Positions 18,229-28,677 are shown, counted from the first letter of the stretch. The stretch is DNA of 64,000 nucleotides from an uncultured Bdellovibrionales bacterium (GCA_964609855.1 CAZSTB010000005.1:1467-65466); one strand, 5' to 3'. Notes: generated by a model from the sequence alone, not told the origin. Translations and numbers: made by a program.

Positions 18229-18567
18229 ATGGTGGAAAAATTCCTAAACTTTACGAGATTTAAGCAGATTATTTACGTTACGATTTTTGAACTTATGATA
18301 TTGGGCGCTGTGAATTTATTTGCGCTTAGAGATGGATTGCTTAGTATTAAAGTTGTTAGTCTTCTCTATAGACCGATTTTTTCTTTGCCATCCCACCTTA
18401 ATTCTTTTCTGTTGGTGCCCTGCGATGGCGCAGGATGCGCTTTTCCAGATCTGACATTGCTTGGCACTATATACGCGATTATTTTGAGTGTGAGTATGGT
18501 AATAATTGTGGCATTTGGAATATGTTTATTGGTCGAAATGCTTGCCAGGCGTGCTAAAATTGGTTAA
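18229..18567 (+). CDS. Hypothetical membrane protein
   Basis: 112 aa with hydrophobic segments. Confidence 0.55.
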   Translation: MVEKFLNFTRFKQIIYVTIFELMILGAVNLFALRDGLLSIKVVSLLYRPIFSLPSHLNSFLLVPCDGAGCAFPDLTLLGTIYAIILSVSMVIIVAFGICLLVEMLARRAKIG

Positions 18568-18584
18568 TATATCATTTATGATAT

Positions 18585-18657
18585 GCCACCTTAGCTCAGT
18601 TGGTAGAGCGGCGCACTCGTAACGCGCAGGCCATCGGTTCAATCCCGGTAGGTGGCT
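18585..18657 (+). tRNA. tRNA-Thr (CGT)
   Basis: GCCACCT/AGGTGGC acceptor stem, D arm GCTC/GAGC, anticodon loop CT-CGT-AA, TTCAATC T loop; CCA not encoded. Confidence 0.95.
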
Positions 18658-18664
18658 CAGTGTC

Positions 18665-18946
18665 TTGATTAGTTTCAAAATTATGGATTTTAAAGCTAGG
18701 AAAATAATTGCACTTTTTCTGACGATAACAAACGTTTTTCTGGCTGCTTTTCTTCATGGTTATGAATACGGATTAATCATGCTCGCAATGTCATTGATTG
18801 TGTTGGTGTTTTATATCTGGTTTAAGAATTTTTTTTCAACAGTAATTGGTGGCATATGTAGAAAAAGTCCAAATTTGCTTGAATTTATAGGCTTTGCTTT
18901 TTTGTTCATTTTTTTATTTTTTACATTGTTTGCCAAAAGTATTTAA
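18665..18946 (+). CDS. Hypothetical three-TM membrane protein
   Basis: Hydrophobic ORF; start probably the internal Met (MDFKARK). Confidence 0.55.
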   Translation: MISFKIMDFKARKIIALFLTITNVFLAAFLHGYEYGLIMLAMSLIVLVFYIWFKNFFSTVIGGICRKSPNLLEFIGFAFLFIFLFFTLFAKSI

Positions 18947-18977
18947 TTGAATTTTATAAATTTATAATTTATAGCTT

Positions 18978-19496
18978 ATGAAAACTTTTATTTGTGAAAT
19001 TTGCGGGGATGCATATATTGGGGCAGAAAAACCGCATAATTGTCCATTTTGTGGAGCTAGATTGTCTTTCATTAAGGATGGCAATGTTGCTAAACCTGTG
19101 ATTGAGGTTAAAGATGAACTTTCTGATATCACTAAAAAGAATTTGGAAGAAACTTTGCAATTGGAAATTGATGCCAATGCGATTTATCTTTGCATGGCAG
19201 GCAAGAGTGATTCTTACGAGATCATGAAGATGTATAAACGTTTGGCAAAGGTTGAATTGGAACATGCAACTATCTGCACTAAGTTATTAGGAATACCAAT
19301 GCCTGAACTTAAGTCTGAGGTTTGCAGTGATGAGGATATTACAAATTTTCAAAAAACTTTGGAGTTGGAAGATCATGCGGCTGGGCTTTATGCGCGTTTT
19401 GCAAAAGAAGCAGTTGAAAAGCATGTTAAAATTATGTTTACCGCTTTAGCTCAAGTGGAAGCTGACCATATAATTCTGATTAAAAATTATTTATAA
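18978..19496 (+). CDS. Rubrerythrin-family protein (N-terminal rubredoxin-like domain + ferritin-like domain)
   Basis: CEICG..CPFCGA followed by E..H di-iron helices (VELEH, VEADH). Confidence 0.85.
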   Translation: MKTFICEICGDAYIGAEKPHNCPFCGARLSFIKDGNVAKPVIEVKDELSDITKKNLEETLQLEIDANAIYLCMAGKSDSYEIMKMYKRLAKVELEHATICTKLLGIPMPELKSEVCSDEDITNFQKTLELEDHAAGLYARFAKEAVEKHVKIMFTALAQVEADHIILIKNYL

Positions 19497-19497
19497 G

Positions 19498-19566
19498 CGT
19501 ATCTTGTGTCTCGTATCTTGTATTTCATATGAATACAGGATGCTAAATACAAAATACTGAATACGA
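19498..19566. repeat. Inverted heptamer array (GTATCTT / AAATAC), gene-less; same family as the arms around 15627-16001
   Basis: CGTATCTTGTGTCTCGTATCTTGTATT..AATACAGGATGCTAAATACAAAATACTGAATACG. Confidence 0.8.
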
Positions 19567-19567
19567 A

Positions 19568-20314
19568 ATGGAAGTTTGGATTTATACACTAGCTAGTGTC
19601 TTTCTAGTGAGTGCGGTTTCCTTGATTGGAATCGTTACAGTTTTTTTTGGTGAAAAAAAATTGAACAACGTCCTTCGTTTATTTGTCAGTTTTTCCGTGG
19701 GAGCTCTTCTGGGAGATGCTTTTATTCATCTTATTCCCGAGGCTTTTGAGGTAAGTAGTATCGCAGCATCATTTTCCATATTGACAGGTATGATTTCTTT
19801 TTTCATTTTGGAAAGGTTGATCCAGTGGCATCATTGTCATGAGGTCGGATGTGAAGAACATGGACACGCACTTCCATATGTAATCTTGACAGGCGATGGG
19901 CTGCATAATTTTATTGATGGCATAATAATCGGTGCTAGCTATATGGTCAGCATCCCTGTTGGAATTGCGACAACACTGGCTGTTATCTTTCATGAAATCC
20001 CGCAGGAAATCGGAGATTTTGGAACGCTTTTGTACGGAGGCTTTTCCAAGGCTAAGGCGTTGCTTTGGAATTTCCTGAGTGCGCTGACTTCCGTTGCTGG
20101 CGCTATCATGGTCTTGCTTGTTAGTTCTCAATTTGAATCGGTAACAAGCATACTTGTTCCATTTGCTGCTGGAGGATTTATCTACATCGCAACCGCTGAT
20201 ATGATCCCGGAACTCCATAAGCATAAGGTGCATAAATTTTCTGAAACTTTCAAGCAGGTTTTCTTCTTTATTTTGGGTATTGCAATTATGTATAGTTTAT
20301 TGTTTTTAGAATAA
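19568..20314 (+). CDS. ZIP-family metal (zinc) transporter
   Basis: GDAFIHLIPEA, His-rich loop, LHNFIDG, HEIPQEIGDF. Confidence 0.93.
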   Translation: MEVWIYTLASVFLVSAVSLIGIVTVFFGEKKLNNVLRLFVSFSVGALLGDAFIHLIPEAFEVSSIAASFSILTGMISFFILERLIQWHHCHEVGCEEHGHALPYVILTGDGLHNFIDGIIIGASYMVSIPVGIATTLAVIFHEIPQEIGDFGTLLYGGFSKAKALLWNFLSALTSVAGAIMVLLVSSQFESVTSILVPFAAGGFIYIATADMIPELHKHKVHKFSETFKQVFFFILGIAIMYSLLFLE

Positions 20315-20322
20315 GATTAAAT

Positions 20323-21421
20323 ATGAAAGAAATTATTGAAAAACTTGAAGTGCTAAAAGCTAAACTCCCGCTCCTGCGGGACTATCTTTGACGTTGTAAG
20401 AAAGACGAGGAGAATTTCTGAACTCGAAGTAGCAGTTTCAGAGACTGGGTTTTGGAACGATCCACAACAGGCCGCAAAAGTTTCCAAGGAATTGGAATTT
20501 TTGAAAAATGAAATCCTCGCCATTGAAGAGGCTGAAGTGAAACTTAACGAGCTCCTTGAACTTTCAAGCATGTACGATTCCTTTTCTGATGTTGAACAAG
20601 CAGAAATTCGTAAGCAAATTGAAGAAGTCCAAAAAGAAATTGAGGCATTGGAATTTAAATCACTTCTTGGCGGAGAATATGATAAGAACGATGTAATTTT
20701 AGCGATTCGTGCTGGAGCAGGCGGCGTAGATGCGCAGGATTGGGCGATGATGTTGGAGCGTATGTTTTTAAGGTGGGCAGAAAAAAATAATTTCCAAACT
20801 AGGATATTGGATGAAACTCGCGGAGGCGAAGCTGGAATTAAGAGTGCGACAATTGAAATTTCTGGTTTTTATGCTTACGGATATCTCCAAAGTGAGGCAG
20901 GTGTTCATCGACTTGTTAGACTTTCGCCATTTAATGCTGATAACTTAAGGCAGACTTCTTTTGCGATTGCAGAAGTTCTGCCAATAATTGAAGAAATTGC
21001 CCAAGTGCATATTCAGCCGCAGGACTTAGTTATTGATACCTATCGGGCATCCGGAGCTGGTGGCCAACACGTTAATACTACCGACAGCGCAGTTCGTATC
21101 ACGCACGTTCCCACAGGTATTGTCGTTACCTGCCAAAGCGAACGTTCACAGCTTCAAAACAAGGAGCAAGCAATGAAAGTTCTCAAAGCGCGTATTCATC
21201 AGCGTTACCTGGAAGAGCAGGAGGCGGAAAAACAAAAATTGCGGGGTGAATATAAGAGCGCTGACTGGGGAAATCAGATCAGGTCTTACGTGCTTCATCC
21301 ATATAAGATGGTTAAGGATCATCGTACAAAACATGAAACAAGCGATGCGGAGAAAGTTTTGGATGGCGATTTGAACGAATTTATGGAGAGTTATTTGCGC
21401 TGGCAAGCTAATGAAAAATAG
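20323..21421 (+). CDS. prfB: Peptide chain release factor 2 with programmed +1 frameshift (~365 aa)
   Basis: 22 codons, then CTT TGA C at 20386-20392; +1 frame contains SPF and GGQ motifs. Confidence 0.96.
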
Positions 21422-21602
21422 TGTATAATATGAAAGTAAAAAAGTTTTTCTAGAAATCGTTTTGGTTTACTATATTTGCTGTAAATTATCATTTCACTGA
21501 AGACACCTTTTGGATATTCATTCAAATTTCATTCATGCGAATTAAAAAATCCTGAAAATAAATTTCCGCATTAGCGGCAGGAAAATAAAGAAAAATAAAA
21601 AT

Positions 21603-22289
21603 ATGACAATGCTTAAATTTGAAAATGTTTCAAAAATATATCCAGGTAACTTCATGGCGCTGGAGGATGTTAATCTTACTATTGAACAAGGCGAATTCTT
21701 ATCAGTTGTAGGTCATAGTGGAAGTGGAAAATCAACACTCTTGAAACTGATCTACGCAGAAGAGCGAGCTACGAGCGGCCATGTTTATTTCAATGAAAAG
21801 CCTCTCGATTCTATTAAAATAAAGCATCTTCCATATTACCGACGCAATATAGGGACAGTTTTTCAAGATTTTAAGCTACTTCCGCAAAAAACCGCCTATG
21901 AGAACGTTGCTTACGCGCTTGAAGTCGGAGATGAGCTTATCGAAGAAATTGATGAGCGCGTACCAGAGATTCTAGATATTGTCGGAATGCTTGATAAAGC
22001 TGGAAAGTTTCCGCGTCAATTGTCTGGCGGTGAGCAACAAAAAATTTGTCTCGCCCGAGCTTTAGTGCGAAGACCTCTGATGATTATCGCAGATGAACCT
22101 ACGGGAAATCTTGATCCTGTTGCGACATGGGAAATAATCCAATTGCTATTGAAAATAAACAGTATGGGAACAACTGTTGTTTTGGCTACGCATAATAAGG
22201 ATATCGTTGACAAACTTAATCGCCGCGTGCTTGCCCTGGAAAATGGTAAATTGATTCGGGATATTAAGAAAGGGCGATATGCCATTTAA
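21603..22289 (+). CDS. ftsE: Cell division ABC ATPase FtsE
   Basis: GHSGSGKST, VFQDFKLL, LSGGEQQ, ADEPTGNLD; adjacent to ftsX. Confidence 0.93.
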   Translation: MTMLKFENVSKIYPGNFMALEDVNLTIEQGEFLSVVGHSGSGKSTLLKLIYAEERATSGHVYFNEKPLDSIKIKHLPYYRRNIGTVFQDFKLLPQKTAYENVAYALEVGDELIEEIDERVPEILDIVGMLDKAGKFPRQLSGGEQQKICLARALVRRPLMIIADEPTGNLDPVATWEIIQLLLKINSMGTTVVLATHNKDIVDKLNRRVLALENGKLIRDIKKGRYAI

Positions 22290-22341
22290 ATTCATTCATG
22301 TTGAAACTTTAAGATTTTCAAATTCAAAATAGAACAAAAAA

Positions 22342-23253
22342 ATGAAAATTCCAAAACTAAAAAGAACATTTAAAGAAGGAATTCATAACGTCTATCGTAA
22401 CGGCTGGCTTAGCTTTGCTACTGTGAGTGTTTTAGCGATCTCGCTTTATGTCATCAGCATCACTGTTATTCTAGGAGTAACCGCAAACATTGTTCTCAAC
22501 AATATTCAAGATAAGATCAATGTCAGTGTTTATTTCAATCCGGATGTTGAAGAGGATAGCATTCTGGAAATTAAAAGTAAGTTGATCGGGTTTCAAGAAA
22601 TCAAATCCATAGACTTCGTTTCTAAAGAAAAGGCACTGGAGCAGTTTATGAAAATTGGAGAAAAAAATCCTTCAATTTCGCAGGCACTGGAGGAAATCGG
22701 AGAAAATCCATTGCTTTCCGCATTGGTAATAAGAGCCAAGGATCCTACGCAATATGATGTCATTACAAAAGCCATAGGTTCTTCCAGTTTTGCGTCAGAT
22801 ATTAGCCGCATAGATTATGAAGAAAATAAAGCGGCAATTGAGCGCTTATCAAATATAATGAAGCTTGTACAGCAAGTCGGGCTCACATTGGGAATAGTTT
22901 TTGTTTTCATCGGTGTGTTGATAACTTTCAATGCAATACGTCTGACGATGTATGCACACAAGCAAGAATTTGAAATCATGCGCCTGGTTGGAGCATCGAA
23001 CATTTATATCCGCATGCCGTTTGTTTTTGAAGGAATTTTTTATGGAGCAACATCTGCAATTATTGTGATGATCGGTTTGTTTATTACTTCCAAGTTCCTA
23101 GCACCCTTAACAGCAGGTAGTATTTCCGGCGGAGATATCGTTTCTTTTTATTTTTCAAACTTCCTTGTTATTTTCGGAGGATTACTTTTCTCGGGAATAT
23201 TTCTGGGTACACTTAGTGCTATAATCGCAATTAGGCGTTATCTTAAGATATAA
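22342..23253 (+). CDS. ftsX: Cell division permease FtsX
   Basis: RNGWLS, ENPL, MRLVGAS..YIRMPF.FEG. Confidence 0.92.
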   Translation: MKIPKLKRTFKEGIHNVYRNGWLSFATVSVLAISLYVISITVILGVTANIVLNNIQDKINVSVYFNPDVEEDSILEIKSKLIGFQEIKSIDFVSKEKALEQFMKIGEKNPSISQALEEIGENPLLSALVIRAKDPTQYDVITKAIGSSSFASDISRIDYEENKAAIERLSNIMKLVQQVGLTLGIVFVFIGVLITFNAIRLTMYAHKQEFEIMRLVGASNIYIRMPFVFEGIFYGATSAIIVMIGLFITSKFLAPLTAGSISGGDIVSFYFSNFLVIFGGLLFSGIFLGTLSAIIAIRRYLKI

Positions 23254-23259
23254 AGTTTC

Positions 23260-24528
23260 ATGAATAAGAATAATATCGCATGTCCAAATTGCGGAACAGA
23301 GATCTCTATCGATCAGGTTTTAACGCAGCAAATTGAATCTCAGCTGAAGAAATCTTATGAACTTAAGCAACAAGAATCACAAAAAATGCTCTTGCAGAAG
23401 CAAGAGGAGCTTTTGCTGAAAGAGCAGCAAGTTGATCAAATTGTTGCACAAAAGCTTTCTTCCGAAAAAACATTCTTATTGGATAAAGTTCGCGAAGACG
23501 TGCAAAAAGAAAAAATTCAGGAGATATCTTTTTTAGAGAAACAGCTGCAGGAAAAAAATGACAAACTTACCGAGGCTAGAAACGCGGAATTGGAAATCAG
23601 AAAGGAAAAAATGCAGCTTGAAGAGGATAAACGCTCCTTTGAAATAAAAATGCAGCAACAATTGGATGCGGAGAGGGTAAAGATTGTCGAAGATGTTAAA
23701 AGACAAGCGACCGAGGAGCAGCAATATAAGGTTGCTGAGTTAAATAAGCAGTTGAGTGATGCAATGAAAGTTAATGATGAGATGCGTCGTAAGCTCGAAC
23801 AAGGCTCCCAACAGACACAGGGAGAGGTTTTAGAATTAGAGATAGAAGAACTGCTTCGCAGAGAATTTCCCTTGGATGAAATTGCTCCAGTGGGAAAGGG
23901 GGTTAATGGTGCGGATATAATTCAGCGAGTTCATGATCGCTCAGGCAGACAAAGCGGACAGATTATTTGGGAATTGAAGCGCACTAAAACCTGGAGTGAG
24001 GGCTGGATTCAGAAACTTAAAGATGATCAGAGAATTGCCAAGGCTGATATTGCCGTGTTGATTTCAATTTCGATGCCTGATGGTGTTAAGTCTTTCCAGC
24101 AAAGAAACGGTGTCTGGGTCACTAATTTGAATTCGTTTCTGGGTCTAGCAAGTGCTCTGCGTATGAGTTTGCTGCAAGTTGCATCAATAAAATCGGCATC
24201 TGTTGGCAAAAATGAGAAAATGGAAGTTTTGTATGATTATTTATCCGGCATTGAATTCAAGCAAAAAATTGAAGGTATAGTGGAAGCTTTTGTTGGTATG
24301 AAAGAGGAATTGGAAAAGGAAAAACGCGCATACCAAAAGATCTGGGCACACAGAGAAAAACAAATTCAAAGAGTGGTGGATAATACGGTTGGTATGTACG
24401 GGGACCTCGGGGGACTTATGGGAAAAGCTCTTCCTCAAATAAAGCTTTTAGAAATTACTGATGGAGATGCATTGGAGATTTCAGCTGGCAGCGAAATCGA
24501 GGAAGATCGAACTGCAAGGCTGCTGTAA
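23260..24528 (+). CDS. DUF2130-like coiled-coil protein
   Basis: N-terminal CPNCG, coiled coil, QGSQQTQGEVLE, FPLD, GADI, WE.KRTK.WSEGWI.KLK.D. Confidence 0.8.
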   Translation: MNKNNIACPNCGTEISIDQVLTQQIESQLKKSYELKQQESQKMLLQKQEELLLKEQQVDQIVAQKLSSEKTFLLDKVREDVQKEKIQEISFLEKQLQEKNDKLTEARNAELEIRKEKMQLEEDKRSFEIKMQQQLDAERVKIVEDVKRQATEEQQYKVAELNKQLSDAMKVNDEMRRKLEQGSQQTQGEVLELEIEELLRREFPLDEIAPVGKGVNGADIIQRVHDRSGRQSGQIIWELKRTKTWSEGWIQKLKDDQRIAKADIAVLISISMPDGVKSFQQRNGVWVTNLNSFLGLASALRMSLLQVASIKSASVGKNEKMEVLYDYLSGIEFKQKIEGIVEAFVGMKEELEKEKRAYQKIWAHREKQIQRVVDNTVGMYGDLGGLMGKALPQIKLLEITDGDALEISAGSEIEEDRTARLL

Positions 24529-24652
24529 TTAATTCATATTCGATTTAAGTGCTTTCGCTTTTTTGTAAAAAGATGTACAATGAATATATTATAATATTGC
24601 AATAAATAAAAAGACTTCATTTGCATGCTCGCAGAAAATAAAAAATAAAAAT

Positions 24653-25168
24653 ATGAACACCAAAAAGAAAACCTTAAAAAAAGTGGAGGCACCAAAGAAA
24701 AAAGCAGTTAAAAAGCCTGTGAAAACTTTGGCGATTATGAAGGGGACGAAAAAAGCTGAAAAAAAAGCTTCGGTAATCATTGTAAAAAAAACAGCAAGAA
24801 AAGCAGCAGTTAAAAAAACCAAGACAGTGGCTGCCTCAAAATTTTCACACAAAGAAGAGAAATGTTGTCTCAATCGAGAACCGGCGATTAAGCGATTTTT
24901 TTACATGACACTTGCAATTATAATCGGCCTACTTTTAGGAATAGCTGTCAATCTTTTTGTAGAATTAGCGTATTTGCAGCAAAAGATGATAGACGGCGAA
25001 GCGGTCAGGGTATACACATTGTTTGGAATGAACAGTTATCTGCCCATTGTTTCTCAGATATTTTTCTTACTTTCCGGCTTAATTTTTGGAGTTTGGCTTG
25101 GGATGTGGGGATGGCGGATGGTGTACATTGAACGTAGACACAGAATGTTCAAACATTGCTGCAAATAA
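24653..25168 (+). CDS. Lys/Ala-rich (histone H1-like) N-terminus plus two TM helices
   Basis: KKAVKK/KKTARKAAVKK repeats followed by two hydrophobic helices. Confidence 0.7.
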   Translation: MNTKKKTLKKVEAPKKKAVKKPVKTLAIMKGTKKAEKKASVIIVKKTARKAAVKKTKTVAASKFSHKEEKCCLNREPAIKRFFYMTLAIIIGLLLGIAVNLFVELAYLQQKMIDGEAVRVYTLFGMNSYLPIVSQIFFLLSGLIFGVWLGMWGWRMVYIERRHRMFKHCCK

Positions 25169-25170
25169 AA

Positions 25171-25287
25171 GGTATTAACCCCGGGGCAAGCCCTGACCCT
25201 CGCATGTAACGAGATACCTGCCTGCCCTGTCTACCGATAGGCAGGCGGTAGGTAGTAAAACGAAAATTCATTTTCGCTTCGCTTGAT
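25171..25287 (+). mobile_element. AATAAA-targeting element, copy 2 (with a nested mini-palindrome)
   Basis: GGTATT...GGGCAAGCCCTG...CGCTTCGCTTGAT flanked by AATAAAA at 25164-25170 and 25288-25294. Confidence 0.78.
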
Positions 25288-25300
25288 AATAAAAATCACC

Positions 25301-25327
25301 AACAGCTCCTAGTGAGCTGTTTTTTTT
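25301..25327 (+). terminator. Intrinsic terminator
   Basis: AACAGCTC-CTAGT-GAGCTGTT followed by a T run. Confidence 0.75.
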
Positions 25328-25389
25328 GTTTCTATTTTTTTGTTTTTACGCTAAGATAAATTAATGAACAGAATTAATGATAAAAAAAG

Positions 25390-27051
25390 ATGACTAAGAA
25401 AAACAAGTTAATATTGGAAAAGGAGCTTGAGAAATATTTTTCTTTTTCAAAATTTCGTCCAGGACAAAAAGAGATTATAGAAAGTATTATCGCAGGTAAG
25501 GATGTTGTAGCTCTGATGCCAACCGGCGGAGGAAAATCCCTCTGTTTTCAATTCCCGGCTATCTTGTCGGGCGGTATTTCAATTGTTATTTCGCCGCTTA
25601 TCGCGTTAATGCAAGATCAGGTCGATGCCTTGAACGCCAGGGGTATTGCGGCTGTCTATATTAATAGTGCACTTACTAGTGAGGAAATTTCGCAACATTT
25701 TCGCGATATACAGGCGGGAAAAATTAAAATAATTTACGTGGCTCCCGAGCGATTTGGCAATAGGGAATTTCAAGATATTTTTTCGAACTTGGAAGTGTAT
25801 CTGCTTGCAGTGGATGAGGCGCACTGTGTTTCACAATGGGGGCATGATTTTCGTCCAGATTATTTGGCAGTCAAGGATTACATAGCCATGCTCAAGAAGC
25901 GTCCCATTGTGGCTGCTTTTACAGCAACAGCAACTCCTGAGGTTAAAGACGATATTATCGAACGTCTTGCGTTGATTGAACCGGATGTTTTTGTGCGAGG
26001 ATTTGATCGACCCAATCTCAAATTTTTTGTGCGTGAGAATTTAAAGAAGAGAGAGCGCTCTGCAGAGGCGCTGAGAATAGTCAAATCTATCCCGGGATCG
26101 GGAATTATTTATGCGATAACCAGAAAGGAAACAGAGGAATTGGTAAGATTTTTTGGAGCAAACGGAATTGAAGCCGCTGCTTATCATGCTGGTATGCCCG
26201 CGATGAAACGCAGTAAGATCCAAAATGATTTCATGGAAAATAGATTCAAGGTTATTGTAGCGACGATAGCATTCGGGATGGGTGTCGATAAAGCTGATAT
26301 TCGTTTCGTGATTCATGTGGGCATGCCTTCAAGCCCAGAGGGTTATTATCAAGAGGCTGGAAGAGCTGGTCGCGATGGGGAACAGGCTTATTGCATTTTG
26401 CTGCACAGTAAGGCTGATGCAAGTCTGCATCATTATTTTATCATGGCGAACAAGGGAGAGATGTTTTCCCATGGTAAGGATTTAGCGCAAGCGCGCCAGG
26501 TTTTGAATATTAAATATTCAAGATTGGATAAAATGAAAGAGTACGTGAATTTGAAATCATGCCGCAGACTTTTATTATTGAAGTATTTTGGCGATCCAGT
26601 GGCTGCGACGCATAGTGGAAATTGTAATGGCTGCGACATCTGCCTGGATTATAAGTGGGAAAAATCAGAAAAAACTGAGGAAGAAATAAAAGCTGCTGGA
26701 GGCAAGGTAAAAAAAGTGAAAAAAACTAAAGCTGAATTAGGTGGCACGATCCTGGAAAGCGTGAAACTTTATCAGCAAGAACTTTCTGTAGAAAAAATCG
26801 CAAAAATTAGAAGTCTCGGAGTCAGCACGGTTTATAATCATCTTACACAATGGTATTTGGCTGGGGGAGAATTAGTTGTTGCTGACTTTGTTTCGAGTGT
26901 AGATGAGAAACTCATCAATGATGTTCTGGATAATTCAACTGGCTTTCAGGGATTGAAAATGATAAAAGAAAAGCTGGGTGAAAACATCAGCTATGAGCAG
27001 ATAAGGCTAGTTTTTGCTAAAAGGCAACGAGAAAAATCAAAGAAGTCATAA
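25390..27051 (+). CDS. recQ: RecQ-family ATP-dependent DNA helicase with C-terminal HTH
   Basis: MPTGGGKSLC, VDEAHCVSQWGHDFRP, ATIAFGMGVDK, YYQEAGRAGRDG, CRR..C..CD.C. Confidence 0.93.
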   Translation: MTKKNKLILEKELEKYFSFSKFRPGQKEIIESIIAGKDVVALMPTGGGKSLCFQFPAILSGGISIVISPLIALMQDQVDALNARGIAAVYINSALTSEEISQHFRDIQAGKIKIIYVAPERFGNREFQDIFSNLEVYLLAVDEAHCVSQWGHDFRPDYLAVKDYIAMLKKRPIVAAFTATATPEVKDDIIERLALIEPDVFVRGFDRPNLKFFVRENLKKRERSAEALRIVKSIPGSGIIYAITRKETEELVRFFGANGIEAAAYHAGMPAMKRSKIQNDFMENRFKVIVATIAFGMGVDKADIRFVIHVGMPSSPEGYYQEAGRAGRDGEQAYCILLHSKADASLHHYFIMANKGEMFSHGKDLAQARQVLNIKYSRLDKMKEYVNLKSCRRLLLLKYFGDPVAATHSGNCNGCDICLDYKWEKSEKTEEEIKAAGGKVKKVKKTKAELGGTILESVKLYQQELSVEKIAKIRSLGVSTVYNHLTQWYLAGGELVVADFVSSVDEKLINDVLDNSTGFQGLKMIKEKLGENISYEQIRLVFAKRQREKSKKS

Positions 27052-27073
27052 ATATTTATAAATTTGATAAAAT

Positions 27074-27604
27074 ATGGCTAAATTTAATAATACCAAACAA
27101 ATTAAATTAATGAAGCCGTCCCTATTATTTAGTGAAAGCTTTATTGAGGCAATAGTTGAGTTTCAAGGGGAGAATAGGGAGCTTGATCTCGACACCGCTC
27201 AACTTAAGGAGAATTTTCGCGAGTATCTACAAAAAATTAAAACTGAAGAAGATGGCCTGAGCTTTCCTGCTGGATATGTTCCAGCATCAACTTTCTGGCT
27301 TATTGGTGGGGAGCAATTCATCGGTAAAGTTTCCATCCGACATAGACTGAATGAAACATTGATTCAGATGGGCGGCCATATCAGTTATCAGGTACGTCCA
27401 AGTAAGAGAAAACTGGGTTATGGAAGTATCGCGCTGGCTCTCGCTTTGCCAATGGCTAAAAAGCTTGGTTTGGATAAAGTTTTAATAACCTGCAGCGACG
27501 ACAATGTGGGTTCTTGGAAGATAATTGAAAAAAATGGTGGAATCCTGGAAAATAAAATTATATTTAACGATATTTTGAAAAGAAGATACTGGATCAGTTT
27601 ATAA
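27074..27604 (+). CDS. GNAT-family acetyltransferase
   Basis: IRHRLNE.L...GGHI.Y.VRPS.R.LGYG, LITC.DDN.GS.KIIE.NGG. Confidence 0.9.
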   Translation: MAKFNNTKQIKLMKPSLLFSESFIEAIVEFQGENRELDLDTAQLKENFREYLQKIKTEEDGLSFPAGYVPASTFWLIGGEQFIGKVSIRHRLNETLIQMGGHISYQVRPSKRKLGYGSIALALALPMAKKLGLDKVLITCSDDNVGSWKIIEKNGGILENKIIFNDILKRRYWISL

Positions 27605-27871
27605 ATCTTGAAATAATGTTTCTAGGGCATTTGTATTAAAGCTGGAACATACAAATTGAAAAAAATGTGAAATTTGCTGAGAAGTGTGGATCATCACATT
27701 ATCAGCAAGGCTGAACAAATTCTCACGGAAACATCACGCGGGAATTTTTCGGTTTACCCGAATTCAATTGAGATGTTTAGTGTGATATAATAAAGGCACA
27801 TTGATACCAGCTGCGTGCATACTTGGTTGGCAATAGGCTATTAGGGCAGCTAAAAAATAAAATACTTAAAA

Positions 27872-28342
27872 ATGAAATATATTGCTTTTGAGAAATCTGT
27901 AGGTGGTGTGATATATAAGCAGCGGGATGAAAAAATCTTGTTTTTAATGTTACGCTACAGAAGCGGTCAGTGGGATTTTCCGAAAGGTCATATGGAAAAA
28001 AATGAAAATGAAGAGCAGACATTAAGACGGGAAATATTGGAAGAAACAAATATTGGCGAGCTAAACATCTTTCCAAAATTCAGAATTGCCGTTAATTATT
28101 TTTACAGTGCTAAGGGTAAGGAAAAGAAAGAGCGCATTAGAGAGGGACGCGGCATATATATATTTAAGAAAGTAGCGTATTATCTTTGTCGTACAACGCA
28201 GGAAGATGTAAAAATTGATTTTGAAAACACCGATTACGCATGGCTTGAATACCAACAAGCTTATGACCGAATATCTAACGACGGATCACGCAAAATTATT
28301 GCCGCCGCGCAACACGCGATTATTTCCAGAAAGAATGCATAG
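27872..28342 (+). CDS. NUDIX hydrolase (Ap4A hydrolase-like)
   Basis: WDFPKGHMEKNENEEQTLRREILEETNI Nudix box. Confidence 0.9.
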   Translation: MKYIAFEKSVGGVIYKQRDEKILFLMLRYRSGQWDFPKGHMEKNENEEQTLRREILEETNIGELNIFPKFRIAVNYFYSAKGKEKKERIREGRGIYIFKKVAYYLCRTTQEDVKIDFENTDYAWLEYQQAYDRISNDGSRKIIAAAQHAIISRKNA

Positions 28343-28383
28343 CGTATTTTTGTATTAGTAGGTGTAAGAAATAATACAAAAAT

Positions 28384-28617
28384 ATGATTTATACCGGAGC
28401 GGAATATTCTTTAGAAAATATTTACCATCAATTATTGCAGCAAGCAAGATATGAAGATATCCGCACATATGAGCAATATAAGGAACTTGTGGATTTATTT
28501 ATTGAAGAAAAAAAGAGTTATGGATTCTTTTCAGAAGATGAGGATCTTGTTCAGATCAAACATTCATTGGAACTCCGCTGGCCAGAAATAGAGGCAAATT
28601 TAGCAGCAAAGCGGTAA
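28384..28617 (+). CDS. Small acidic hypothetical protein
   Basis: 77-aa ORF with an AT-rich start context like the core genes. Confidence 0.65.
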   Translation: MIYTGAEYSLENIYHQLLQQARYEDIRTYEQYKELVDLFIEEKKSYGFFSEDEDLVQIKHSLELRWPEIEANLAAKR

Positions 28618-28677
28618 GTGAGTTGTAATATTTAATAAGCTCGCAGCTCCGGACGCAAATTTTTCTCGGCATGATTA

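Noticed and set aside
18585-18946. Prophage or island integration at tRNA-Thr
   Set aside because: No duplicated tRNA 3' end and no integrase was seen
20323-20491. prfB as a truncated pseudogene
   Set aside because: The canonical CTT-TGA-C programmed +1 frameshift explains the split
27610-27860. Riboswitch upstream of the NUDIX gene
   Set aside because: Several short hairpins are present, but no aptamer consensus that I can recognise
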